From positions 12,547,950 through 12,611,949 of the forward strand of contig NC_134026.1 of NCBI RefSeq assembly GCF_964204645.1: DNA of 64,000 nt, read 5' to 3'. Shown here piece after piece: positions 1 to 11,253 of the stretch. The notes beneath the pieces are model-generated. The model did not search any database. It was not told the origin of the DNA and saw nothing but the letters and a program-made list of their open reading frames with translations. The DNA comes from Tubulanus polymorphus. Taxonomy: Eukaryota > Animalia > Nemertea. Made by a program: the position numbers and the translations under genes. Each line of letters starts with the position of its first letter. The stretch's first letter is position 1.

Positions 1-84
1 TAAGTTTAAATGGCCATATAACAGTTGAAGAACAACATAAATTATTAAAAGAATTAATAAATTATTAATTTTTGAGTTATATAA

Positions 85-1412
85 ATGGCTAGATAGTTTT
101 CCAAAAGCTTTCCAATATAATAAATCAATTAAATATAATATTCCAGCAATAGATTTTAATAAAGATATTACATATAGAAATGAAGTTTTAAATTCATTAA
201 TTGATTTATATATTTATGTTACTGAAAGTAATAATTTTCATGTAAAGATGGAAAATATATTTCATGTGTATACAATTAATTTTCAAAAATTTAAATGAGG
301 CAAAACAATGGTTATTAAAATCTAATATGAAGTATTGGCAGAACCAATTAAATTTTGCTGTTTATTGCGCAACAACAGGTTGTGGAATTAGTTGGAATGA
401 TCATTTAAACAAACCAAGTTTACCATTGATGTTATCACTTTTTAGATTTCATACATATTTTCAAATAAAATTAATATTAGATGAATTAGAATGTCCTTTA
501 CCAGGTTCAAAATTATTTAAAAATTTGAATAATAATATTAATTTTTCTAAGTTTTATAAAATATGTAATGAATTTAATATTAATTCAAATAAAGATTTTA
601 GAGCAAAAATTGGAACAATGGGTGGATTAGGAATATTATATACTAAAGAATTTGGAAAAATAATGACAAATTCAGATATAGGAACACTAAATTGGAATGA
701 ATTACCAAAATATTATAATAATATACAACAACAAAACAATAATGGTTGGGTTAATTTCATTTTAGAAAATAGTGAAGGTTTTACTAAAGCTGGTATACAA
801 AGAATAAATCAATCAATTAGAACTTATTTGATATGTATTTTAGGTGCGCAAGTTGAAACAAGATCCCCAATAATTGGAAATGATAACACTTCATTCGATG
901 CGCAGAAACAACTCAAAGTATTATTTGAAGATTCAATTCATTATGATAAAAATAGATCGATTCCAGAAAACATTGTAAGATATCAAAATTATTTAGATAA
1001 ATCACATATTAGATTAAATTATTGTATAGGCCCTAATCTATTAATTATTTCTAATGATTTAGTATTAAAGATGGGAAATATAATTGGTTATAATAATCTA
1101 ATTAAAACTGCAACAATAAATAATTCATTTGGATTGAATGATACAACTAAAAAGATTATCACTGCTCCAAAATAAATGGAGGGTGAAAAAAATAAAAAAC
1201 ACATTCAATCAACAGAAACTAAAACTAATAATATTAAATTAAATAATGATTCTAAAATAAAAGATTACAATACATCAGAAAATATTAGAACTGATATTAT
1301 TCAACATGATATAATTAAAACTAATGATGATAATAAATCCCATGAAAATGCTAAATTAGCTTTAACTTGTGTAGGAATTGTAATCGGAGGAATATTATAT
1401 TTTAGATTTTAA
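85..1412 (+). pseudogene. Polinton conserved hypothetical protein with C-terminal transmembrane anchor (frameshift near start, in-frame stop at 1173-1175)
   Basis: Homologous to the 31391 ORF of copy B (KYWQNQLNxAVYCATTGCGISWNDHL). ORF 1176..1412 is in frame with 264..1175 and ends in the hydrophobic LALTCVGIVIGGILYFRF. Confidence 0.65.
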
Positions 1413-1422
1413 TTTTTTCATT

Positions 1423-2865
1423 ATGTTAATGGCAGAAGGTGGAGAAGATATTCCAATAGATACTTTTGGTGACGCTCCCGGCATAAGTGATGAACAACCA
1501 CCTGATTTTAGTGAAACAAGTTTTAGTAATGATGGTAATGAGCCAGAATATAATTCTAATTTAAATACACCTGAAGTTGTTCCTGGTTCTAAACCCCAAT
1601 CAACAAATGAATATATTAAAGGAGCTAGATCGAAAATACGTGCTGAAAATTTAGTGCCAGGTTTAATAAATAAAGAATTAAATTATGATGAAATCTGGTT
1701 TCAATATAACAGATAAAGGTATGGATATATTAGCAAAAGATTTGAAATATTTAAAGGGTGTTTATTATTGGAAATTGAAAGGCGACTATCATTTTATTAT
1801 TTTAAATATTAAAAGTAACGATAAAATAATAGCACAATCAACTTTTAAATTATTAGAACAATCTAGAATTAAGAAAATCAATAATGATGTTATAACTGAT
1901 GTTACAAAAAAGAAAGATCTGTTAATTTAAAAGAATTTAAACAAAGATATGCTAAATTTTTTAAGATCATTAATGAAAAATTAGAACCAGAAACAATTAC
2001 TAAAGAAGTTATTAATTCCAAAACTAGTAAACCTAATTCAATAGAAGTTCAAACTGAAAAACTTTTACCGAAGGGATTACTTGGTGCAACAGATCAAGAA
2101 TTAGAAAATTTAAATATATTTTCTGATGAAGCAATTAGAGAGATTATTAGTATAAGAAATGCATCTGATAAAATTGCGCATGAAAAAAATATAAGAGATT
2201 TAAAAATTAGAACTTTAGAAAAAGAATTAACTGATAAAAATGAAGAAATAGAACAATTAGATAGAGATAATAAAGTTATTGAAGAAATAGAATATAGGCA
2301 AAAAGAATTACGTTTAGAAAAAGAAATTGATGATTTAAAATATAATATAGAATTACAGAAAGAAGAAAGAGATATATTATTAAAAGAATATGGTAATAAT
2401 CTTAAAAGGTTAAAAGATGTTTTTAAAAGATATCTAATAAAACCAAATTCTGAAATATCATTGAAAGATAGAATAAGATTATTATTTAAATTAGAAGGAA
2501 TAACAATTCTCTCAATTCTAACAGCTGTAACTATGGTATTTACAACAATTGGTTTAGCTATATCAAATTCTTTAAAATCTACTCCTACTCCCAATAAACC
2601 GGATAAACCCCCAGGTAATAATTCTATACAAGATAAAGTTAAAGATGGTTTCAAGAAATCAGCAAAATATTTATGGGAACTATCTAAAAAATCTGCTGCA
2701 GCTTTACCAGGAATTATTGCATCAATTGTTGGTTTTATATTGAAATCTGCAGGAAACATTCTTAACTTTGCTGCTGAACATATTATTTTATTTTTAATTA
2801 CAGTTGTAAGTGCTATTATTTTTGGGTTAGTAAATATGATATCAAAAAATATCAAGAAAGAATAA
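1423..2865 (+). pseudogene. Polinton coiled-coil protein with C-terminal membrane segments (frameshifted)
   Basis: Acidic N-terminus, E/K-rich heptad region at 2100-2450, then hydrophobic segments (ITILSILTAVTMVFTTIGLAI; IILFLITVVSAIIFGLV). Homologue at about 31960-32908. Confidence 0.7.
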
Positions 2866-2914
2866 TAAAAAATAAACATAATCAAAATAAATAATTAATT
2901 TTTTTGTTAAATAA

Positions 2915-4096
2915 ATGAGTGGGAGTTATATCAATCCTTCTAAGAATCATAGAATATCTAATGCTATTAAAGCAGAAAGATCACATCATATAATTACTCA
3001 TAACCCTTCTAATATTAATCCCGATGAAACTTTATATGTTAGAATTCCTCGATTAACACAAAATACTTTTTATGTTCCAAATAGTATTTATTTATCAGCT
3101 GATATAAAAGTAATCGGTAATAATAATAATTATGTTGTTGATAATGTTGGAAGATATTTGATTAAAAAGTTAACAATAAAGATTGGTCCAGAAACAGTTT
3201 TCTCATTAGATGATTATAATTTATTTATGCATTATAAAGATTTATGGTTAACTAAAGAAAATAGAAATAATATGATATTTCAGGGTATTCAATCGGAAAA
3301 CCATAATAAATTAAGATCAGGAGCTAATGACGCAATAGTAACTCGTGCCACAGATAATTTGATTAAAAAGATTTATGGAAGCAAATATAAAATCCCATTA
3401 GACTTTGAATTGATAAACAATAATGCACCTTTATATAAATACGCAATTCAAGAAGATGTTATATTCGAAATAACATTTGCTCCTGTAAATGAAATTGTAT
3501 TATCTAGCGTTGTTAAAGATATGAGTTATAAATTATCAAATATATGTTTAGAATATGATATAGTAACTGATGAAAATATTGCTAGCACAATTCAAACTCA
3601 ATACAATCAAGGATTTTCATTATTATATGATTATATTGATAAATTTAAAACCGTAACTATTAATGCAAATGATGAAATTATTAATGAGAATATTAACTTC
3701 CCAAGAAGATCTATTAAAGGTATATTAATATTTTTTTACCATTGCAACATATTCTAATGGTGCAATACTGGTTGATAAGTATTATAATCCTGAAATAACA
3801 AAAGTAGAAATAACTATCGAAGGAATAGCAAATAAAATATTTTGTCAAGGAATGAGAATGATAGATCAATGGCCAGAAATTAGAAAACATTTTATGAATG
3901 AAAAAGTGAAATCATCTGAAAATTGTAATATTAATCAAATTGATTATTATACCGGTATTAAATATGCATTATGGTTAGATTTTAGAACAACAGAGGATAA
4001 TTCATTACATGGTTCTGGAAAAAAACTACAGAACACTTAAGATGGAATACAATTATTCATGACAAAGAAAAAAGGAAGCCTAAATTTCAAAATGTA
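2915..4096 (+). pseudogene. Major capsid protein (double jelly-roll), frameshifted and 3'-truncated
   Basis: About 420-codon beta-rich reading frame in the position and size expected for a Polinton MCP; near-identical to 32943-34190. Fold inferred from context, not computed. Confidence 0.75.
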
Positions 4097-4222
4097 ACAA
4101 AGGCTAATTGGGCAAAACATTATAAATTAATAACAAAAGGTGGAAATGATTCAGCCCATGCAATATAGGTATTTAAATCTTGGTGTGAAAAATGTAAAGA
4201 ATATGTAATATATGATAAACAA

Positions 4223-4651
4223 TTGAATCATAAATACTCAATTAAACATATTGGTACAGATAATGTAATAGAAAATCCAACAGTTATAAATCCAAAATTT
4301 AATAAAATGAATATATTAGATTATCGGTGGTATAGAAAAACATTTATAGATTATTTCTCGAGTAATGATATAGTTACCATATTGAAAAAGTTAGATAACT
4401 TTAAACCAAATGTTACTGATGCAATGAACTTATTTGAACTTAAATATGATGATTTTAGAGAATTTTTAAATAAACATCCATCTAAAACTGAAATCGAAAA
4501 TTATATTCCAAAAATATTTTCAAGAGAAACATTCAATAAACATAAACTCGGGAATCGTTTAGGAATTATACCAATGAAAATGCAAAGGAATATACGGTTA
4601 GAATATGATAAGCTTAAAGAAAAATATGAAAATGAAAATGAAAAAGATTAA
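4223..4651 (+). CDS. Hypothetical protein fragment at the variable locus downstream of the MCP
   Basis: 142-aa ORF; upstream in-frame CEKC...H...H suggests a Zn finger; not colinear with copy B. Confidence 0.35.
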   Translation: MNHKYSIKHIGTDNVIENPTVINPKFNKMNILDYRWYRKTFIDYFSSNDIVTILKKLDNFKPNVTDAMNLFELKYDDFREFLNKHPSKTEIENYIPKIFSRETFNKHKLGNRLGIIPMKMQRNIRLEYDKLKEKYENENEKD

Positions 4652-4669
4652 TTTCCATTTATATATTGA

Positions 4670-4985
4670 TGGATGAATGGATGAGTTGGATGAGTTGGAT
4701 GAGTGGAAGAGTGGATGAGTGTAATAATATATATATTTTACTTTTTAACACATGAATTGGAAGAATAGTATGAGTATAAATATAATATTTGTATTCTTTT
4801 TTAAATTTAACACAATATATATATATTATTAAAATAATATTTAAATGTAGTATAAAATTGATAAAATAACTTCAAATCAAACTCTTACTGTTTTAAAAAT
4901 AAAAAACATATGTAAATTATATATTATTACACTCATCCATTCATCCAATTCATCCAATTCATCCAATTCATCCACTCATCCACTC
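4670..4985. repeat. Inverted repeat built from GGATGAGT(T) units, between convergent gene blocks
   Basis: 4670-4735 (tggatgagt...gtgtaataatatat) is the reverse complement of 4917-4985 (atatattattacactcatcca...). Confidence 0.8.
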
Positions 4986-5237
4986 AAACACATTCAAAAT
5001 TCTATAATATTTTAAATTAGGATTTTATTTTGTAAATTTATATTCATACGGAAATTAAAGCCTCAGTAATAATAAATAACCTTTATTATTTTCAAACTAA
5101 TTCATATATTAGTTGAAAAAAATAAAAATAAATTGGTTGAAATTATATGAATAATATTTATTTTAAAAATGGGGTTTCAAGCATTAATGTATTTAATACG
5201 TATCTAATACGTATTAGATAGATAGATATATAAATAG

Positions 5238-5853
5238 TTATTTTATAAATTTATATTCATATGGAAATTGTAGTCTCAGTAATAATTTTGAACCTTTATT
5301 ATTCTTTAATTTATTCATATATTCATCATGTAATTCAGTAGGTATAATTTGATTTTCTTCCAATGATTGTTGCATAGATTTTCTATCTTTGTTATAAAAT
5401 AAAACTAGAAATCTTATATTCTCCCTAAAGTCTTTAACAATTGAATTATATTTTTGATTTAAAACCCATGTTGTTATCCCAAAATGTCTTCCAGAGAAAG
5501 CTAGATAACATAACTCACTTTCTCTCACTTTTGAATCATGTAAATTAGCGCAATCATCTACAATGAATAATGTATTTGATCCTTTATAATCAATTATCAA
5601 TTGCTATTTTTATACAATTATCTAAATTGTCTTTTACTGTTTTAGGATCTAATATAATAAACTTTTTCATCTTAACTATATCTCTATTATATGTTTTATT
5701 CATTTCATAAGTAGGACAAAATAATATTATATTATCAAAATGATTCTCATAAATAGTTTCTAACAAGTCTAATATGAAATGTGTTTTACCACAGTTTGTT
5801 ACTCCAGTAACTAACATATTATGAGGTTCAAATATAAATAAATCTTTATTCAT
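5238..5853 (-). pseudogene. A32/FtsK-like packaging ATPase (one frameshift near 5595)
   Basis: Walker A GVTNCGKT, Walker B FIVDD, and the A32-type GRH...NQ motif (SGRHFGITTWVLNQ). Confidence 0.9.
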
Positions 5854-6937
5854 TTATTCTTTTAATTTTACTAGATAAAATCCATTCATTAAATTTATCA
5901 TCGTATCCTTTATATTTCACCAAAGAATACTTTTTTCCTTTAAGAGTTTTTGTTTTCAATACTTTTTCTATTTTGTATTCTATTTCATCTGGATTTGGTA
6001 CAAGTGATAATTCTTGTTCATAGAAATAACCTAATATTTCTTCATCTTTTAGATCTTCTAGTTTATAAACAAAAGGTTTAGTTAATATTATCTTTTTAAT
6101 CTTAAATATTTCTTCAGTAAAATTAGGAGTATAACCTTTATAAAATGTTTTTCGATATTTAGATATTCTAACATGTTGTCTAATTTTAAATTTAGGTTCA
6201 CCGAAATCATGTGTAACAAATGCTCCATATAAATTATTCCAAACTATTTCCGAATTATCTTCTTTTCTAGCTTGTATAGGTTTCATATTTATAGAACTAT
6301 GTTTAGAATTATTATAACCTTTCACCAAATCATCTAACACACCGATATATTTATATGTTTCATTAGCAGTAAAGTATTTCCACATTCTAGTTTTCAATGT
6401 TTTATTAAATCTTTCTATAATAGATGCTTTTTTATCTGAGTGTGTTGAAAAATATTCTACATCGTTATCAGATAATAGTTTTTTTAAATGTTTGTTATAA
6501 AATTCCTTACCTTCATCAAATTGTATCTTATCTGGAATAGCTTCTTTAAATATTGATTTAAAAGCATTTGTTACTTCTATTCCAGTTTTATTTTTGATTG
6601 GAATTGACCATGCGTATCTACTGAATATATCTATAACATTCAGTATCCAGAAATATCCGTTGTTGTATTCCTCTAAGTTCTTCATGTCAATTAAATCTGC
6701 TTGCCATTGTTGATCGATATATGAAACCATAACTTTTCTTGTTAAATAAGTTTTATCCATTTTCTTGTGTATTTGATATGTTGGTTGATTTTGTAACCAT
6801 AATCTTAGTTCACTATATTTTATATTACCATTTTCTTTATCAGATTTAATTTTATTCCATAATTCTAAAACGTTAGAATATGATACTTCACTCTCTGGGT
6901 TATAATATAACTCTCTTAAATATTGTTCTTTTTTCAT
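5846..6937 (-). CDS. Polinton retroviral-like (RVE) integrase with C-terminal chromodomain, apparently intact
   Basis: DDE motifs WQADLID, IQFDEGKEF and IIERFNKTLK; chromo-like YKIEKVL...LVKYKGYDDKFNEWI. Confidence 0.95.
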   Translation of the reverse strand: MKKEQYLRELYYNPESEVSYSNVLELWNKIKSDKENGNIKYSELRLWLQNQPTYQIHKKMDKTYLTRKVMVSYIDQQWQADLIDMKNLEEYNNGYFWILNVIDIFSRYAWSIPIKNKTGIEVTNAFKSIFKEAIPDKIQFDEGKEFYNKHLKKLLSDNDVEYFSTHSDKKASIIERFNKTLKTRMWKYFTANETYKYIGVLDDLVKGYNNSKHSSINMKPIQARKEDNSEIVWNNLYGAFVTHDFGEPKFKIRQHVRISKYRKTFYKGYTPNFTEEIFKIKKIILTKPFVYKLEDLKDEEILGYFYEQELSLVPNPDEIEYKIEKVLKTKTLKGKKYSLVKYKGYDDKFNEWILSSKIKRINE

Positions 6938-6943
6938 CTTCTT

Positions 6944-7342
6944 TTAATCCATTAATAATAATCTTGGTTTATTTTCAACGATTTTAACATTTGACTTATT
7001 TTCTGGTATAATAGGTTTACTGTCTGTACACGGATAACTAAGTTTCCGATTGTCATTGGAATCATCTTTATCATCAGATTTGAATTTTGATGTATATATT
7101 ACACCGCATAATATAATAACTGTTACTAATCCAATTGTAATATATAATTTATAATTGCTTCCAGCATTAGAAGAATCAGATGGATTATTATTTGAATGAA
7201 TATCAGATAAAGTCTGTGATTCATTTATATCAGTTAATTTCTTTTTCTTAGCTTTTTTTAATTCTGAAGATCTTTTACCTAATTCTCTTGCCCATATAAT
7301 TTGTTTCTCGGATCTAGCCTTTTTCTTAACTCCATCACTCAT
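6944..7342 (-). CDS. Polinton small basic single-pass membrane protein
   Basis: K/R-rich N-terminus and TM segment LYITIGLVTVIILCGVIY; homologues at 38141-38500 and near 50659. Confidence 0.7.
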   Translation of the reverse strand: MSDGVKKKARSEKQIIWARELGKRSSELKKAKKKKLTDINESQTLSDIHSNNNPSDSSNAGSNYKLYITIGLVTVIILCGVIYTSKFKSDDKDDSNDNRKLSYPCTDSKPIIPENKSNVKIVENKPRLLLMD

Positions 7343-7347
7343 TTATT

Positions 7348-7939
7348 TTAGTTAATTTTTGTTCTGATATCATTTTCTGTTTCGACGTTTGGTTGTAGTA
7401 CATCTGTTTCGTTCTTACCTGATTTATATTCCATAGGCTTGATGTTCGAAAATGTTATGACGCCAGTAGAAATTAATGTCATAACCGATCCTAATTGAAA
7501 TGAAGCATATCCGACCCATTTTTGTAATTCAGTCATAACTAAATAGTCATTTTTCAAATCACTATATAATTTATTTTCATCATCAATTGGTATTAACTGG
7601 TTACATAACTTAGAATAACATTTGACAATACCATCTGAAATAGAATCATTTATTCTAGCTAATCTAGCTTCTTCATAAATCTTAAAATATTTCATTACTT
7701 TATCGGGTTTCATAGCATCTAATTCTTGAAAAGTAATTATTTTCCCGATAAACTGATTATATTTCCCGCCAGCAATTAATAATTCTAGATGGTGTTTACA
7801 ATATAAATAGTATTCATAATCAATATTACAATTAATATTATTTTCAATTTTGATTGGAATATCCTTATTATCACTAATGCCTAAATCATCTAATGTTTTT
7901 TCATATGTTGGTATTATTCTTATTTGATTTCTTTGACAT
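7348..7939 (-). pseudogene. Polinton conserved hypothetical protein
   Basis: Homologous to 38493-39095 and 50074-50660; the true start TAAATG-TCAAAG is at 7939. Confidence 0.65.
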
Positions 7940-9051
7940 TTATATTAGAGAAAAAAGCAAGAAAAATATTATAAGTATTCTTCAAAAGATACTAGCTAGT
8001 TAAAGCTAAAGAATTTCTATTCGGATCTATTCAAAATATAAAGTATTCTCTTTTGAAAAGAAAGTATTAAAAATATAATAGAATTCACTAGCTAGTTGAA
8101 GTTTTTGTTTTTTAAATACTTTTTATTTTGATTAGGATTTAGATTATCTCACTAATATTGTTTATCTATAGGAGCAGTAACTATAACTGTCCAGATAAGT
8201 CATTTCGGATTCTCGATAATAAATCCTAAAACTGAAAATAAATTCAAAGAAACGACTGGTGGAAATACTATTTCATAAACACATATATTTTGTTATACAA
8301 TCATTATCGATTTCTACATTCCTCACCGGGCGTCTGAGGCCCGGCAAGTTATGCGTGGAATGCAGGAATCAATAAAATACAATACAACATCTGTCACTGT
8401 GTGTCATTAACAACAGCTTAATGACGCAATTGACATTCCGACAAACGTAATGCATTGGAAGCCTATACAGTATGGCTAAACTGCTACATGTCTCATGAGT
8501 TGAAATATCCATTATTTCTGATTCCACATCCATCTATCTTCACTTTCTTGATTCAATGGCCTTCATTTTGTTATCTAAAAGATAAATATCTAGCGTAGAA
8601 TAAAACTAACTTGAAGTTGTAGTTGTAAAATATTAATTACAACACTTAAACATGACCATTTTGTGGCGCATCTTACCAGGATAAGTTTTACATGTTTAGC
8701 GTTTTCCAACGCCTTAATAACAACAAAAACCGTACTTACATTTATAACTGTAAACTCCTAAAATTGTGTTTATAGAGAGAATATCCTATACGTTCCTATG
8801 CTTATGTGCTGCGCGTTTATAACTGGCAGTTATTCACTAGCTAAACACTGTCTGTGCAACAGATGTTCCTTCTTTTGTAATATAATTGATTAATCCTTTT
8901 CAACTAAAATAACACACCCGATCAATATTCAAATGAGATACACCCTATTCAACTGAATATGAAATACGGCACAGATGTTTTTGTAAACAACCTAATACAA
9001 TTACATACAGGCGGTTTGACATAGATCGAGAGTAACCGGTTTTCTAAGCGT

Positions 9052-9705
9052 TTAACATTCAACGTATTTTTCATTATGTGTTGAGTTCCATAATTCAACA
9101 AATGTCTTTGCTTCATCCAGTTGATCTAAATATAACTGTATATCTAGTTTATTAGATTTAATTATATTTTCTTTCTTTTCAAGAGGTCTTAAATTTCTCC
9201 AGTTCTATATTAGCTTCTTATTATAATCATCACTCATGTCAAATTTAGATATTGGTAACAGGTGATCAATATGGTAATAATCCCCATAATTATCTATATT
9301 CATTTTATCATCGAATTGAAATATAATCCATGATTTGAGAAATTCATCTGAACAACCCAATAAATTAGATAGTGTTTCTGAATGTGTTTCTTTGTTGAAT
9401 AATTGTGTTAATCTAGATCTTAAACATTGTTTCAATCTAAAATTAAGATCTGTTTGATATCTTTCTCTCATATATTCTGCCATATAATAATTATAATGTT
9501 CTATATTATCTTCTCGGTATTGTTTGGTATATAGTTTAAAACAAGTTTTAAAGCAATATTGAAAACCATCTTTGCTAATCTTACGCTTACTAAATTCTGT
9601 TAAAGCTAATTTATCTAATTCACATTTAGAACACTTCTTGTAGTATATATTTATAACACCAGCGTTATTTGTTATATCGATAGTTTGTGGTTGTTCTGGT
9701 TCCAT
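9052..9705 (-). pseudogene. HNH endonuclease with N-terminal CxxC zinc module (premature stop at 9205)
   Basis: KKCSKC...CxxC; HIDHLLPISKF...NLRPLEKKEN beta-beta-alpha motif. Confidence 0.8.
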
Positions 9706-9966
9706 TTATTATACATATTTTTTTACTAAATTGATTTTAGAAGTTCAATGATTTATATTATGTATTATCTCAATCACACTTTACTAACACTTTTAATGTT
9801 TAAAAATCTAACTCACACAAATATAAATATTGAAATAATGTTGTAAATATATACTTTTATATCTATTCTATAAGAGCTCACACTTTACTCACACTTTTAT
9901 ATTGAATAATCTATCAATTTATATGTTATTCATATATATTTTATTCATGTATATGATTATTTTAAG

Positions 9967-10294
9967 AGTAATAGGGATAATAGGCTTTCAAGCGGTCGAG
10001 CGGTCGAGTTCATTAATAACAAATATTAAAAGTAATTTAAAACTATAATATATTTTCATAACCGTGTGTATTTCAGTTGAATAATAGAATAATTATTATT
10101 ATTAAAATATATTTGATTATATGAATTTGTGTATTGTATTAAATTATTGATATCTTAGAATAAATATTTAGTTATAATATAAAATGCACACGGTTATGAA
10201 AATATATTATAGTTTTAAATTACTTTTAATGTTTTGTTTTTTAATGAGCTCGACCGTTCGACCTTTGATCTGAAAGCCTATTATCCCTATTACT
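9967..10294 (+). repeat. Terminal fold-back hairpin of the Polinton A right TIR
   Basis: AGTAATAGGGATAATAGGCTTTCA at 9967 pairs with TGAAAGCCTATTATCCCTATTACT ending at 10294; the stem runs about 105 bp to the AACCGTGTG/CACACGGTT pair. Confidence 0.9.
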
Positions 10295-10360
10295 GGTGTA
10301 TTTTTTTCATGTCGCGTATTAACTTAAAGACTTTTTCGGAGAGTGAGAGAACTTGTAGGT

Positions 10361-11253
10361 CTAGACATACAATTTTTTTTCGGATTGAGACTTACTAAGT
10401 GTTTGTAGTTCTTTATTAAGCTTCTTTTCCACTAGGAGTTCTCTTTCGATAGCTTTGTGCCGTAGTTCATCGTTTTCGGAGGACGCAGACAGGAGTTTGT
10501 CAACAAATTTTGATTGAAGTTCTCTAAACATAGCCATACAGGGAGTATGCGAAATGGATGTATCTTGATACGTGTTGGTGGAGGCGTCACTCAGAGCAGA
10601 TGATTTTGGCTCGGTTTCAGTGTTCGTTGATGCGCATGCCATGGAGGGCGTATCGAATGGTGAGAAGAAGTCCGACGGAATAGCGCATATACAATACTCA
10701 CATTGAAATGTACGCTTCGTTTTATGCAGAACATAAAGTTGGTAGCGGGGCAACTTAGTGCATTTATAATGCAGCCAGCTTGCGCAGCTTTTGCATTCGA
10801 TCATGCGTTCATCATCTGGCAACGCGCAGAGAGTGCAGCTATAGTTCATCGACGGTTCAGAAACGGTTCTGTCGTTAGTAGCACAGTGAGATGGCGGTTC
10901 TTCAGTACATACAGGTTCGCTTAGAGTTGCTCGGCACGTTGTCGGAAACTCGATCCTCTGGGTTTTACAGAATAGGCTGAGAGGTGTGGATTTCATAGTC
11001 CCTAGCAAATCTATGGAATGTACTATAACATCCTCTAGCGGGTGTTTCAGAGGTCACGGGCATCGCGAAGACTCGAGAATTTCTTAAAAGAGGGATTTGA
11101 TACTCCCTTTACCGAGGCCTCACACGTGTCCCGAGATGTGTGTATGCCGCGATCACGGCCGACCGCGACGGCGTAGTACCAGTTCTTTTGTTTGCTCGGC
11201 GCCATGTTTGTTGTTGTTGACGTTGTTTTAGGCAGTTTCAGAACGCGACGCAA
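10361..11253 (-). pseudogene. LINE ORF1-like fragment: RNase H1 N-terminal hybrid-binding (viroplasmin-like) domain, PHD finger and coiled coil
   Basis: WYYAVAVGRDRGI...VKG.SNPSFKKF; PHD C4HC3 pattern CTLC...CKSCASWLHYKC...CEYC. A frameshift near 11047 joins the two ORFs (LKHPLEDVIVHSIDLLGTMK). Confidence 0.7.

Larger units (their letters stand above)
1..10294 (+). mobile_element. Polinton/Maverick copy A (right part; left part lies outside the window)
   Basis: Contains capsid, A32 ATPase, integrase and HNH genes in the same order as copy B. Very AT-rich. Ends in the terminus ...CCTATTATCCCTATTACT at 10294, shared with the ends at 41414 and 61452. Confidence 0.92.

Noticed and set aside
1176-1412. 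Separate gene with a TAAATG start
   Set aside because: In frame with 264..1175 and lacks the upstream T-tract; more likely a nonsense mutation in one gene, so not counted as a promoter.
2094-2885. 263-aa minus-strand ORF
   Set aside because: Antisense shadow of the plus-strand coiled-coil/membrane gene, which is conserved in copy B.
8310-8390. Twister-like ribozyme in the CCGGGC/GCCCGG hairpin
   Set aside because: Full twister topology is not satisfied; it is followed by AATAAAATACAATACAA, so it fits a LINE/SINE 3' stem-loop better.
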